Origin: a virus
Taxonomy: Duplodnaviria; Caudoviricetes
Strand: one strand, 5' to 3'
IMG/VR virus record: IMGVR_UViG_3300025000_000098
Coordinates: 1 to 63,357 of that record
DNA length: 63,357 bases
Shown here: piece by piece, positions 46,301-55,477 of the stretch
How positions within the stretch are numbered: the first letter of the stretch is position 1
How the letters are laid out: each line of letters opens with the position of its first letter
Notes under the pieces: model-generated
What the model was told of the DNA's origin: nothing
The model's input: only the letters and a program-made list of their open reading frames with translations
The model's database searches: none
Made by a program: the position numbers and the translations under genes

Positions 46301-46990
46301 CGCTCCGCCTTTGACTATGCCTTTGCCGATCGCCCCTTTAATCGTGGGAGAAGCGAGCATCCCGGCGACAGCCTTGCGGCCGGCCTCAGTCGTCATGTTC
46401 AAGGCCCAGTTCTGAGGACCGAACTTTGTCTCGATAAGTCCTACAGTACCGGCACCCAGCGCGGCGACGGCCTTAGCTGTCCAGTCTTCTTTAGCCTGCG
46501 GGTCATTCTCAATCTGTTTCTCCCTGATGCCTCCAAACGACGGCAGGGCGGCGACGGCGAGAGGACCGCCCCAAGAGATCGCCTGGCCTACTCCTGCGAC
46601 AACAGGGGCAGCAGGACCAGCAAGCGGAGACACCGCAGTAATGCCTTGGCCCAGCAAGCGGATGCCGAGCATAGCCCCCACGGAGCCGGCGGCGTTGCCG
46701 GTCGCTTCTTTGACGGTGGTGAGGGGCTTGTTGACAATATCTCTAAACCCGCGGACCTCAGTCGGGTTGGCGTCAATCACTTCCTGGCCGTACTGCTTGA
46801 GGGCGTTGTCCTGGGAGATGAGCGCCGGAGCTACGTCGGAGGCAAGCTGACCTGCACCCTTAATCGTTGAGCCGATCGCCTGCTTGGCAGCGGCCCGGAA
46901 GCCCCCAGCAGGGGCACCAGTGAACTCGTTTTCAGAAATGTACCCTTCGGACGGCTTGAGGAAATCATCTTCGGAAATATAGTCAGCCAT
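40331..46990 (-). CDS. Large polyvalent virion ejection-type protein (two ART-like domains, metallopeptidase, PLxRFG-like domain)
   Basis: 2219 aa; VFRGT..WT, FHGT..GAYVT..GYDGI, HEGTH, WPLSRVGDF. Confidence 0.8.
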   Translation of the reverse strand: MADYISEDDFLKPSEGYISENEFTGAPAGGFRAAAKQAIGSTIKGAGQLASDVAPALISQDNALKQYGQEVIDANPTEVRGFRDIVNKPLTTVKEATGNAAGSVGAMLGIRLLGQGITAVSPLAGPAAPVVAGVGQAISWGGPLAVAALPSFGGIREKQIENDPQAKEDWTAKAVAALGAGTVGLIETKFGPQNWALNMTTEAGRKAVAGMLASPTIKGAIGKGIVKGGAIEGAEELVQSPIEQLASSDDPLTKESLTDTAFGGTMGAIGGGVLGGAMGPMLRQSKEKDTVQAALLDKLTPEGTTVTVKGGEATITKKTANSTTTMKVPVAEAAKVMAAGGKVEDVAKKQFSIDDLSDPATPTQLSLRVKDKKNPDGKRYDYQLPEGMTQSDFAEIAKKMNTGQKFAWLRKNADQIKDAPVADTEAGSELNDTMYDFADQATAVQDEADVRKRRNQFENLRRTNAPTTEPQATSSNEPVQAVQPRPEPVVEGVPEPLTPEPLTTSPQELEQQILNEEINDAINIPSPSGVGDVPAAVVRDVGEAAASTPAAERLPNDAQISDRSAGGIPEAVREIDSGPQPVVPQDVDDLRVEQDHGYRPQRDEQGRKYVFRGTSPTRPGFGISRESGLNWTDQKGIAEGFVGDGGELQTAVISETAKRLDLNTDQGVKTAAEVLKDKNFASEFAADLGSAGENTLTPARMKAFKKAGYDIVSFRNIEGNVEFILNDKALIPQATPSASVKPSTRAPKGVTPLPGTAASKEAVRKYTHNPVTGVVSDDTGAPQKFFHGTSKAFKKIDPYIGDHGLFGKGAYVTDSPEISSSYTTKGKGGSPNIHPVYVDIKNPIDMDVVGERAQWESAFPDADFSQVKDGATNEEFYRQVEESVIDEQLPMWEGAEKVQDGLISMGYDGITHVGGGRRGASGFHRVYIAFDDAQTQSVFDYKAPQSVANKPSSKAPKVPKAFAKLAKDIDTVIKEDGVSEDFKRVPSFEAIAAYREKYPDDSPDTAMSELAWMPEAEYAALTAVEDEEVLFSQTQATGTTTQQVEQELKDFLGNGFNNLVRRGKLEVVQGVEQLPEAGVPLYTKTRKIAGVYLASKKKVVLVADNIKPEDAQYVMLHEGTHALLREDKVFVKQKDSILADFERLANTEPTVQAAMAKVPANTPTAVKTEEGLAYWLQEKKNHEHSLFKRVISAIKAALYRLGIAHGRLTASDMSALFTQGTQAWARQPPAAPEVTDPDILFSRIDDTLKAGQKKLDTAVQALKNPKRFLHEKYLEYAPQWLSVTPLHTLVQTFGKTIPQIRQFAKHLDAVVASKTEIVDTSAVLYEQAEKLAEAGAGLDVFNTAAATASFNRITPWADLYDQAWVPESGTKSDRLKAAQKAWVSAKMQQATGMSYTQAYTQSRKAYDALKTEDLKQAYIKVVEHIASVRIRERNNLLAYIESVSAQGSELRANLMAQFEASFSNLHGAYWPLSRVGDFRMEYTDIEGFRTVRHYTTLAERREDKAVILAEGVDPDTIKEDYKDKQPRGSVAIPQMLMGQLAEAVEKKALAGIDPNNADAVEAAQERAQAITDDMNQIWLRWQPETSALKNSVRRKNVRGFSKEMLRSYLDYMQRHASNIAWTEQGKKIEQDIKSLSDDIMESKGEPGMVDVTLQRHILNDLRNRIQALRSVSVGPVASVLGKLGTAYYMTSPSIALVQMSQLGVLTLPKLSTMFGAGKATTALAKGTRDAFKKDYTRDPMFADPVVNTVYKNMREVVTDENRNVPQARGKELGERLFTDQQILSQMKSFTPYQMQLITLREAMARNLLDISAAHEAYELTRGKDPKSLWNRAFKFAMLPMSLSELASRKATVLATYELAQQEGQDFFGTMNTIAEVVNDTLYSYSKENKGSAMQGGLSRVVLQFQHYRIMTGIRLAMLFRNAVKGESAEVKQAATKELVGVMGMSAALAGTMGLPLSGLVFSIMNLLLGDDDEPIDSELMYTNWLRETLGETAGDVVASGLPTLAGADLSGRIGLSGIYGMQNEPPSGLHGRNLAAWWAASQLGPIFSVGQGWFQGYDEIVNKGNYLKGLEAATPKPIKDGLKALRIGTDGLKNGQGKRLLADEAIGPDEIILVALGFNADEIAKAQSAERSLNKLSTKISERRGKLIRQAAQAFVEGDDASPALERVRAFNRSMPRFGINGDDIRPAIRKLLVGDLGTTGPRESLVAGQYEIPEYVRE

Positions 46991-46998
46991 GGAGCCCC

Positions 46999-48111
46999 TT
47001 ATTTTTCTGCTATCAGTCCTTTACCATCCCATACCGCCACTCGCCCGCCTGCACCGATGTACCGTTTGCCAACAACCCTTTTATCTACGGGAGGCAGCGG
47101 CTCAGCTCCGCCGCCCATCTTCGTAGCCGGGTCGAAGATCTCACCCGTTACCGGGTTGGCCATGACCTTGCGGGTAACAGGGGTGCCAAGATTGTCAACC
47201 TCGCCGGTGGGCATGTCGACCACGGAGTACGAGCCCCCTTCTTTACTGTCCTTCATCCCGGTCAGCAGCTTATACTGTTGCAGAAGTTCGGCTTTCTTGG
47301 CTGGGTCAGCCTCGGTGCTGTAGGCATCGAACAGGCTCTGCGCCCGCTTGGCGGAGGCAAGCCCCATCTGGGCAGCCTCGGTCTCGATCTGCTCCTTGGC
47401 TGAGGTCCTCATGCCCTGTCTCTCGGTCTCTTCCCGCATAGCAGCCTCGCTGCCCTGCTGCTGGTTGATAAGCATCCGCTCGTTCAATGCCATCCGCTGC
47501 CGCCAGCCCATGCCGGGTGCGTTCTCTTTCGTGAGGAAGCCATTGTCCGGCTCACCGACCGGCCGGGCTCCGAAGAACCTGCCGCGGGGAGTTGCCACGT
47601 AAGCGTCGTACCGGTCCATTTGCGCCTGTGGCTTGACAGGGTTTTGTAGGAAGGCTGCCCGGGCTCCGGGAGAAACGGAGGAGTCGAAGGACACGTCCAT
47701 ATTCCCTGCCCTCTGCGTCCCGGTGCCCGGGGTCGGCTGCTGAGTGCCTCGCATTCCGCCTTCGGGCCGAGAGATGTCCATACCTGCACTATCTGACCAG
47801 CGCATATCCCCGTTGGGGTTCATCGACACAGTGTTACCGGTTTCTTCACTGCGGATGAAGTTGGTCGTCGGGATGGTGCCGTGAGATGGAGAGAGTGCCT
47901 GACGAGGCATAACCTTCGACACATCGTTCGGGACCTTGGCAAGCTGCGAGGAGGATGTAGGTTGGGTGGGTGTGACTGCCTGAGAAGGGGCAGGAGGGAC
48001 ACCTCCGGCTTGCTGGGTCTCCCCTCGAAGAGCAGCGAACCTACTGCGAAGTCCCTCGTACCCTCGGTTGACCAGCCCTGAGATTCTTTCTTCCGGTGTC
48101 ATATATGCCAT
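46999..48111 (-). CDS. Putative internal virion protein
   Basis: Low-complexity, next to the ejection-type gene; RBS AGGAGG. Confidence 0.6.
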   Translation of the reverse strand: MAYMTPEERISGLVNRGYEGLRSRFAALRGETQQAGGVPPAPSQAVTPTQPTSSSQLAKVPNDVSKVMPRQALSPSHGTIPTTNFIRSEETGNTVSMNPNGDMRWSDSAGMDISRPEGGMRGTQQPTPGTGTQRAGNMDVSFDSSVSPGARAAFLQNPVKPQAQMDRYDAYVATPRGRFFGARPVGEPDNGFLTKENAPGMGWRQRMALNERMLINQQQGSEAAMREETERQGMRTSAKEQIETEAAQMGLASAKRAQSLFDAYSTEADPAKKAELLQQYKLLTGMKDSKEGGSYSVVDMPTGEVDNLGTPVTRKVMANPVTGEIFDPATKMGGGAEPLPPVDKRVVGKRYIGAGGRVAVWDGKGLIAEK

Positions 48112-48127
48112 ATCATTCCTCCTTATA

Positions 48128-48144
48128 TGTAACGCGACTATACA
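48128..48144. promoter_or_regulatory. 17-bp palindromic site
   Basis: TGTAAC-gcgac-TATACA in a 40-bp intergenic gap, within a minus-strand TTGAAA promoter candidate. Confidence 0.6.
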
Positions 48145-48151
48145 CTATTTT

Positions 48152-48598
48152 TCAAAAATAGAAAAGCTGTATATAGTCCAGCGAGAAACTGCAGCCGTTG
48201 GTGTTGGAGATGGTAAAGTCCCAGTATCGTCCTTTTACATTGCGGTCGAGCTGCACCCGGACCCTTTGTTGCTTCGTACCGTTGAGCACTACCGGGTACT
48301 CCCTCACTGTCTCGAGGTCGGTTGTCACTGTCAACAGCAGATCGTCGGTTGCCTCAAGGCCGAAGTACACATACCGGATACGCCGGTACATCTCCCCCAA
48401 GTCAACGGCTGCCAGGGTTGCATAAGCGTCGATCTCAACCGTATCGTCGGTCGCGCCGCAGAGCACCTTGTAGAGACCGGTCGGCCCAGCACCGAGCACC
48501 AAGCCATTGAACCGAGCCATGGAGGTGCAGTTCAGACCTGTCTGCTGAGCTGAGGCCGGTCCGGATGGGCCGCGAAGATTTGTAATTACCGTCTGCAT
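48152..48598 (-). CDS. Tail structural protein
   Basis: 148 aa beta-rich; KGRYWDF motif; tail module. Confidence 0.6.
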   Translation of the reverse strand: MQTVITNLRGPSGPASAQQTGLNCTSMARFNGLVLGAGPTGLYKVLCGATDDTVEIDAYATLAAVDLGEMYRRIRYVYFGLEATDDLLLTVTTDLETVREYPVVLNGTKQQRVRVQLDRNVKGRYWDFTISNTNGCSFSLDYIQLFYF

Positions 48599-51500
48599 AA
48601 CCTGTCCTCTCTATGTCGAATAATAGCGTACTCATCACTCATGACGAACTCTCCATGGATGCCAGGGAGCCGCGGGACAAAATTGCCTAAAATCCTGATC
48701 GCACCCTCGTCTACATAGGAAGATATAGCCGGGGGCTTGATCGTAATATCGGTGATAATGTACGGCACCTCGAAAGCTGACCCGTTGATTTCGGCACCCC
48801 TTGGCACAATCGAGGAATTGATCAACTCAGGGTTTGATGTCAACGAAGATATGGCAGGGGCCTTGATAGTGATGCTTCCAAATGCCGCATAAGGATTCGC
48901 CGTCACTCCACTGACACCCGGGACCGGTGCGTGGATATTGACAATCGCCTGGAATGTGCTGTTCAGATGCGGGTGCACGGCCTTGATATTCCCATTGAGT
49001 GCAATCGGACATGATACCTGAGCGGAGATAACCGGCAAGTTTGTCACGATGTCCGTCATGAAATATACACGCAGTACATACGAGCTAACGGAAGGCACAG
49101 GTGCTACCAGACCACCGTTGATTACTGCGCCATCAGCAGAGAATATCTCAGGCAGAGGGGAGACTATCTCCACATTAGCATATCTGAAAAAATGTGTGAT
49201 TGAATCAACCCCAGGAATAGGCGCATCAATATCGACATTCACGGTTTCGGTATACCGCGTAATGGCGTAAATCTCCGGAATAGGCTGAATTATATCACCA
49301 AGCGCCAGACTGCCATATCCGAAATATGACTGCATCTCCACTATCGGAGGTCGGATGCTACCACCTATCGGTATTGCAGTCTCTTCTTCAACGCTGGTAT
49401 AGAGCGCGAAGTCAACATCCACGCCAGAGAAAGTCGCAACCCCTGTGGTTGCCAGGTCAATCCAATTGTCATCAATGTCTGTGGAAGTTCCACCGATGAT
49501 GTGGATTTTCTCATCAGTGAGAAAGACCGTAGGGCTATGGACCTCTGCTGGCAGATATCCCCTAAAGTCAGCTGTTCCATCGCTGATAACTCCTGCTGTG
49601 ATATCTCTCGAATGAATTTCATCAACACTGAAGTTGCCTGCTATTCCTCCAAGCATGAACAGCTTAGTAGCAGAGCAGACAAAAGCCGCAGCAGGTTTGC
49701 CATACCATGACTCTGCCGTCCACGGCTCGATAATCACGCCCTCGTCGCTGACGCTGACGACATTGGTGTTCAGTGGGTCAGCAAGTGAACCGCCGCCAAT
49801 CAGGTAGAGCAAATTACCAGTGTAGACGCTGAAGCACCTGTCACGGGCATTCGGCATATTACCAGCAAATTCCCATGCGCCGATAGTGCCATCATAATTA
49901 ATTGGTGCATACTCATAAGTGTCAGTGACAATCCCACCAACTGTCTGATCCATGTACCCGCCGAAAACATAGACTCTATTCCTTGTGACTGACAAGGCAA
50001 AGTCTGCTCTGGTTGAGAACATAGGATAGGTGTTTGTCCACGCTCCTAAAGTTCCGTCAGAATTGATCAGCGCTGTTAAAACTGTACTTACTGGCGCTCC
50101 GTATCTATAGCCGCCAACAAGGAAAACTCTCTTATGAGTCTCGAATACTTGGCCACCAACTTGCGCTACGGTCAGGCCAGATGTGGTAGACCACCCCCCT
50201 ACAGTCCCATCGCTGTTTCTTGCTGCATAATATGTCTCTGTCCCGCCAATGACATACGCGAACTCATCTGTCACCAAAGACATTCTGCGCGAAATCGCAA
50301 TCGGGAAATCGTTTCCTTGAACGACTGTGCCAATATTCGTCGGATTAGTTGTATTGAAATTGTACTGATTTATCCACGGCTGGCCATTAACGTAGGTTTT
50401 AGCTGGAGGGTGGTTCCAGACTACCGATGAAATGTCCGGGAGTAGGGTTTTGAAATTGGCAACCTGCGTATCTTCAACCTCTGTCGGCGCAGTGTCAGGA
50501 GTAAACTCTCCGCCCCACCGGGAATATCTTGATGCTCGCAGTTCTTCAATAAGGCAATTATTATTCCCTATATTAAGGACTCTGCCATCATAATTCGTAG
50601 TGTCAACAACAGTGTAGAGCGGGACACCATCACGACAGATGCGCATTACTCCGTCGCGTCGGTCAATGGCAATGTGATACCATGTCCATTCAGATGTCCA
50701 CCACATGGCTGGATTCATGTCGTGATAGCCGACCGGCCCGGAGGACATTCCACTGAACGTCAGCCAGAACTCGCTTGAACTGCTGACCCTCTCAAGGGTT
50801 ATAGCCGGCTTGTTTTGTCCGGTCGGGCTTTCAGAGAACCAAAAGAATTGCCCGTTGGTTGCTGGATAAATCTGATAAAACCAAAAGTCTACTGTGAAGT
50901 CGCCGGAGCCGAAAGCAAAGTCGTCCGTCTCGTCAGTATACAGCACTCCATCGGAAGGTCCATAGAACAATGAAGTGAGCATGATGCACGAATCCCCAAA
51001 GTACGGGGTAGTGCCTATCGGGTCAGTCACATGCCGAACATCGCCGGTTGCATGAACTGGCAGGTTCTTAGCTACATCAAAGAAATCCTTATCGCCGTCA
51101 GGATGTTCAGATTGAACAAGGAAGATGAACGGAACTGGCGCGGAGTTGATCGTTACGCCTGATATTGCTGTAGGCGCTGTTACAAAGTCAACATCTACAT
51201 CCGCTGATTCAGGTGCGTTGTCATTCTGGGTGACCCCTGATATTTCTGCTGTGGTAATGAAATCAACACTGATATCAATACCATTGGCCATGTAGTCATA
51301 AACTATCTGAGGGTCTTCCGTGTCTGCGGCTACATGCTGCGGAAACTCAACGCTGGTTAGATCAGTGCCACCAGTGATCACCCCGTTATATGTCGTGTTC
51401 GCCCATTGATTCGGGCAAACTCTTATACCGACATTTTTCGCTCCCCGGTCTGTAGATGCTCCTGAATTATGGCTATTGTTTATTACTATTTTATCAAAAT

Positions 51501-53148
51501 CTACATGACCTTTGAGGAAATTACATATGAGGCGCTGGTTGGTAATGATGGAATTTGAGTACCATTCGGTACTTGTGATGTCGCCGGTCTTTAAATTGTT
51601 AGTAAATGCGTAGATAGCAGTCAACCCTGCGCCTGCATCAGATGTAGCAAAGGCGGAAACTTCCGCAGTCGTATCCAACTCAAGCCGTACATCATTCTTG
51701 TAAAACTCTACCGACCGTAGCCCGATATAACTGCCGCCCCAGTTGTCGGCTATGTCAAATATTACCGCCTGATATCCGATCGTTGGAGCTGTCCCGTAGA
51801 CGGTTTGGTCATAACCAACATTGTCCGCTGGATGCGCATCAAGCACCCCATCAAACAGGACTGTGCCGTCAGTTATCGTCGCATTATAAGCCGTGTTTGT
51901 GACATTTGCAGGAGCTATCGTTATCTTTACATTCTTCGCCCCTGCTTCCCATCCTGTACCGACATCATGGGAGTTATTGATTACTATCCGGTCAAAGATA
52001 AACGCGTTAGAGGTGTTAAGAATGAGCCGTTGGTTTGTTATTTGGTAAAGAGCGCTGTACCACTGGGTGAAATTTGGAGTTCCTAATTTTGACAGTGAGG
52101 TATTGAAGGCAAACGATGAATAGTTTGTGTCTCCAGATAGCGTTGTAGTTGCTAGCCCCCAAAAACCAGAGGTCATGGCAACCTTGATACCAGCAAGGTA
52201 AAAATCTACCTGCCTAATGCCCATGACATTCGCATTCCCATAGCTATCTGCGATGTCTATTACTACGGATTTGGCAGATACTGATTCTGATAATACGGAA
52301 GAAGAAATGGAGGAGAGCGGAGAAAGCACATCGCCATCTACCTGCGACGGTTGGTAGTTGACACAGATTGAATCGATACTAACCGGAGGCGCTACTATAT
52401 CCCCGTCATTCCCAGGAAGAACGGGCGCGGCTTCTTCATACGGATGTCCTGACGGTAGACTTGTTTGTAATCCCCATTTCCACGCAAGATATCCTTCAAA
52501 TAACTGCCTGTCGGAATCCACAAGTACCGACGAAATAAGGACAATCTCTGCGATATCTCCCTGAAAATATGCATTGGTTCCATCGTATCCGGAGGCTATT
52601 GCTGACAAACCTCCGAGTGCTACGGTAGCTGAGAATGTGGTGCTCTCAAGTACCGTAGCATTACGATATATCCGACTCCCACCAGAGCCTCCAGATGCAT
52701 TAAGCGAATAGCCAAGCACCTGAGAATCGGTTGTTCCTGATGTTCCCCCTACCCAACTTGAAGCGGCAGAGTAATATCCCACATAACTGCCCGCTGACTT
52801 TATTGCCGCAAAAATTAGTCTCCCTGTTTGCGTATCAAGCAGGTACGCGCCGCCAGACTTTGATGCGACGGAGGGAGTTACGACAAAAAACGCTGTCCAA
52901 CTGCTGGCAGAAGCGGTGCCAGATAACAACAGTGAATGGCTTGACCCGTTGAATCTTACAACATCAAGGCTGTTCAGTCCGCCAGCGATCAGTGCCGCCT
53001 GCTTTGACGTTGTTGACTGCGATGCATGTCGTGAGTTGCCTGATTTGTCTCTCCACTCGCTGACTCCAGTACCAATTGTGATAGTACTGGAGTCAGAAGC
53101 ATCAAGCCAAAGAGCAGTTGCGACTTCTGCCGGGGTCCAAAGAGCCAT
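48586..53148 (-). CDS. Multidomain tail fibre / receptor-binding protein
   Basis: LamG-like domains (WLDASD; FGSGDFTVDFW), duplicated DIAD domains, Kelch-like GG repeats, C-terminal Pro/Ile repeats. Confidence 0.8.
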   Translation of the reverse strand: MALWTPAEVATALWLDASDSSTITIGTGVSEWRDKSGNSRHASQSTTSKQAALIAGGLNSLDVVRFNGSSHSLLLSGTASASSWTAFFVVTPSVASKSGGAYLLDTQTGRLIFAAIKSAGSYVGYYSAASSWVGGTSGTTDSQVLGYSLNASGGSGGSRIYRNATVLESTTFSATVALGGLSAIASGYDGTNAYFQGDIAEIVLISSVLVDSDRQLFEGYLAWKWGLQTSLPSGHPYEEAAPVLPGNDGDIVAPPVSIDSICVNYQPSQVDGDVLSPLSSISSSVLSESVSAKSVVIDIADSYGNANVMGIRQVDFYLAGIKVAMTSGFWGLATTTLSGDTNYSSFAFNTSLSKLGTPNFTQWYSALYQITNQRLILNTSNAFIFDRIVINNSHDVGTGWEAGAKNVKITIAPANVTNTAYNATITDGTVLFDGVLDAHPADNVGYDQTVYGTAPTIGYQAVIFDIADNWGGSYIGLRSVEFYKNDVRLELDTTAEVSAFATSDAGAGLTAIYAFTNNLKTGDITSTEWYSNSIITNQRLICNFLKGHVDFDKIVINNSHNSGASTDRGAKNVGIRVCPNQWANTTYNGVITGGTDLTSVEFPQHVAADTEDPQIVYDYMANGIDISVDFITTAEISGVTQNDNAPESADVDVDFVTAPTAISGVTINSAPVPFIFLVQSEHPDGDKDFFDVAKNLPVHATGDVRHVTDPIGTTPYFGDSCIMLTSLFYGPSDGVLYTDETDDFAFGSGDFTVDFWFYQIYPATNGQFFWFSESPTGQNKPAITLERVSSSSEFWLTFSGMSSGPVGYHDMNPAMWWTSEWTWYHIAIDRRDGVMRICRDGVPLYTVVDTTNYDGRVLNIGNNNCLIEELRASRYSRWGGEFTPDTAPTEVEDTQVANFKTLLPDISSVVWNHPPAKTYVNGQPWINQYNFNTTNPTNIGTVVQGNDFPIAISRRMSLVTDEFAYVIGGTETYYAARNSDGTVGGWSTTSGLTVAQVGGQVFETHKRVFLVGGYRYGAPVSTVLTALINSDGTLGAWTNTYPMFSTRADFALSVTRNRVYVFGGYMDQTVGGIVTDTYEYAPINYDGTIGAWEFAGNMPNARDRCFSVYTGNLLYLIGGGSLADPLNTNVVSVSDEGVIIEPWTAESWYGKPAAAFVCSATKLFMLGGIAGNFSVDEIHSRDITAGVISDGTADFRGYLPAEVHSPTVFLTDEKIHIIGGTSTDIDDNWIDLATTGVATFSGVDVDFALYTSVEEETAIPIGGSIRPPIVEMQSYFGYGSLALGDIIQPIPEIYAITRYTETVNVDIDAPIPGVDSITHFFRYANVEIVSPLPEIFSADGAVINGGLVAPVPSVSSYVLRVYFMTDIVTNLPVISAQVSCPIALNGNIKAVHPHLNSTFQAIVNIHAPVPGVSGVTANPYAAFGSITIKAPAISSLTSNPELINSSIVPRGAEINGSAFEVPYIITDITIKPPAISSYVDEGAIRILGNFVPRLPGIHGEFVMSDEYAIIRHREDRLCRR

Positions 53149-53625
53149 TTACGCCTTAGTGGTGGTATAGTTGAAGGTCTGGACTACTGCCGCGACTGCC
53201 TCAACGATAGTCGTATTACTCATCTGCATCTCATAGGTGGACGATGTTCCGATAGCTCCGTCAACCCTGATTGCACTTGTACTTGCACCAGTAACGTAAT
53301 CATTATCGTACCATCTGAAGTATGTAGCGACTGTGCCTGCCCCTGCTGCTGCCAGCCCAACCCCTGACCATGTTTCGCCTGCTGCCTTGGCCAGAACCCC
53401 GTCAGTAGAGGTTCCCATGTTCAGTCCGTTCGTAGCTACGCCTGCCGTGAACGCTCCGCTACTCAGCGTAAGGAGCATCAGCAATGTACCTGTTTCTACT
53501 GCATCCGCCGTGGCTGGCTGCGATGCTCCGCCGTAGATGCCGATGACACCATTTACCATGATGTCCTTGACACAGCCTGTAACATTCAGTGCATTTGCAA
53601 ACCCTGTACTCAATCTCTCTGCCAT
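53149..53625 (-). CDS. Virion structural protein
   Basis: 158 aa, QPATAD..TGTLL, DGAIG; tail module. Confidence 0.7.
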   Translation of the reverse strand: MAERLSTGFANALNVTGCVKDIMVNGVIGIYGGASQPATADAVETGTLLMLLTLSSGAFTAGVATNGLNMGTSTDGVLAKAAGETWSGVGLAAAGAGTVATYFRWYDNDYVTGASTSAIRVDGAIGTSSTYEMQMSNTTIVEAVAAVVQTFNYTTTKA

Positions 53626-53650
53626 AATAATCCCTCAATAAATTGAATTG

Positions 53651-55477
53651 TTAAGGTAAAACTTCCACCTCTCTTCGTTTGACTAAAATCCTATCAGTAA
53701 CACCCCAATTCTCCGTCATCCGCTCCCCGTCCGAAAGACTGCTTGCGATGAAATCACCCGTAGCAATCGTCAAGTCGAACTCAGATGTCACGTACATGCT
53801 GTAATGCCCTTCTCCTGCCTCTTCCTCCCGGTACGGCACATCGGCCATATCAGAGTAGAATACAAACAAAGACTCAGCGACATTCAGTTTTACATGCTGG
53901 CCAATCGGCGTGGCAGTGCCGGGGAGCTTCATTGTCACACTGAACTCTTCGAGGTCGATGGATGCCGCAATATGCAGATCTCCGTCGCGGACCTCAAGCC
54001 CCCGCGGGAAAACTCCGCTTATTGTCGCCGCTCCCAGCAGAAACGGAGGAATTGACAGAACTCTCTGCCATGCCGGATCGCCAGTTACGGTATCAATCTG
54101 CGCCAGTACCGTGCCCATCTGGTCGCCGCCATTTGGATATCTTGGGAATAGAACGTACAGCCTGTTGCCCCACACAGCGATTTCCCCGCTGAATGCAATG
54201 GGGTTTTGTGGACTCCATTCGCCCGGAGACATCACCTCAACAATGCGGTGCCAGAGAAGATCGCCGTCAGGATCAAACTTGAAGATATTGAAATGGCACA
54301 AATCAAATTCCCAGATGTGCGTATGCGCGATGAGGTAGAGATTCCCGGCAGCATCACAGCAGGCGTCGGTGATCTTCACGCCATCGTTGTACCAGTTGAC
54401 CGCCTCATTATTCTGAACCGTTTCGCCATGCAGTCCGCGTTTCCACAACACATTCCCGGAAGGAGAAAACTTAACGATCAGTCCGTCAGGGTAGATGATA
54501 TCCAGCGGGTAATGGTGTCCGACAACATAGGTATTCCCGCTCGGATCGGTGACTGCCGCCTCAAAGTGCGGACGCTCTTCGACGGTTGCATATTCGCCAC
54601 CGGCTGGCGGATCTTCAGTCCATCCTCCACCGCCTGGAACCTGTTCTCCATCGACATATACTCCTGCGGCCTTCTGCCATGCCAGAGAACCATCAGCGTT
54701 GTATCTGGCAATGAATGCACGATAGAGAAAGCATTTCCAGTGATATAGCCGCCCAACAATGGTGTACTGATTGTTCGTCGGGTCACTGGTATCGTACTTG
54801 ATTGAATCACCCCATCCGAAGATATCCACGTCCTCATCGCTCGAAAGTGTCAGTCGCTTTTGCCATTGCAACACTCCTGCCCGGTTGTATTTGGCCACGC
54901 AGCAGTCGTAGCACATCAGCCGTGATTCATTGAGCTTGCTGTAGGTCACATAGAACTCGCCGGTCAGCCGATCAAACTCAATAGCCTGGGCGATATCGAA
55001 TTCGTCAGAAGCGTTGATCAGCTTGCGCCACATCAGCCGCCCGTCCTTGTCATACTTGATGATGGACGGCTCTCCGCTTGCCGGGGACGTGCCGGTCTTG
55101 GCGCAGCCCACCACATAGGTATTCCCCAGAATATCGGTCTGGATATCTTCAAGGCTGTTTGTGTTGAAAAGAATAGCCCCGTCAAGGGTTGAAGAATTAA
55201 AGGCATACCAGTAGAAATCCTCGAGGATCATAAACTTGCGCTGCACGGTTGGCTTGAACCCGCCGACCGGTTCGACATGGATATTCACAGTATCGTTGCC
55301 CATCCACGAATGACAGGAAATCACCACACCGGGATATGGCCGCTTCTCCAGCTTGTTCTGCTGGAGCCTGCCCGGTTTCATGCCCTGCTTGAGTTCGCGC
55401 ATCTGCTCTCTGGCTTCCTTGTAGAACTTCTGCGCGGCAAATCGGTCGCCGGATGTGGTGATTTTCAGCTCACCCAT
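53651..55477 (-). CDS. Tail protein with beta-propeller repeats
   Basis: Repeated D..GN.YVVG and KY...G.L.W motifs. Confidence 0.7.
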   Translation of the reverse strand: MGELKITTSGDRFAAQKFYKEAREQMRELKQGMKPGRLQQNKLEKRPYPGVVISCHSWMGNDTVNIHVEPVGGFKPTVQRKFMILEDFYWYAFNSSTLDGAILFNTNSLEDIQTDILGNTYVVGCAKTGTSPASGEPSIIKYDKDGRLMWRKLINASDEFDIAQAIEFDRLTGEFYVTYSKLNESRLMCYDCCVAKYNRAGVLQWQKRLTLSSDEDVDIFGWGDSIKYDTSDPTNNQYTIVGRLYHWKCFLYRAFIARYNADGSLAWQKAAGVYVDGEQVPGGGGWTEDPPAGGEYATVEERPHFEAAVTDPSGNTYVVGHHYPLDIIYPDGLIVKFSPSGNVLWKRGLHGETVQNNEAVNWYNDGVKITDACCDAAGNLYLIAHTHIWEFDLCHFNIFKFDPDGDLLWHRIVEVMSPGEWSPQNPIAFSGEIAVWGNRLYVLFPRYPNGGDQMGTVLAQIDTVTGDPAWQRVLSIPPFLLGAATISGVFPRGLEVRDGDLHIAASIDLEEFSVTMKLPGTATPIGQHVKLNVAESLFVFYSDMADVPYREEEAGEGHYSMYVTSEFDLTIATGDFIASSLSDGERMTENWGVTDRILVKRREVEVLP

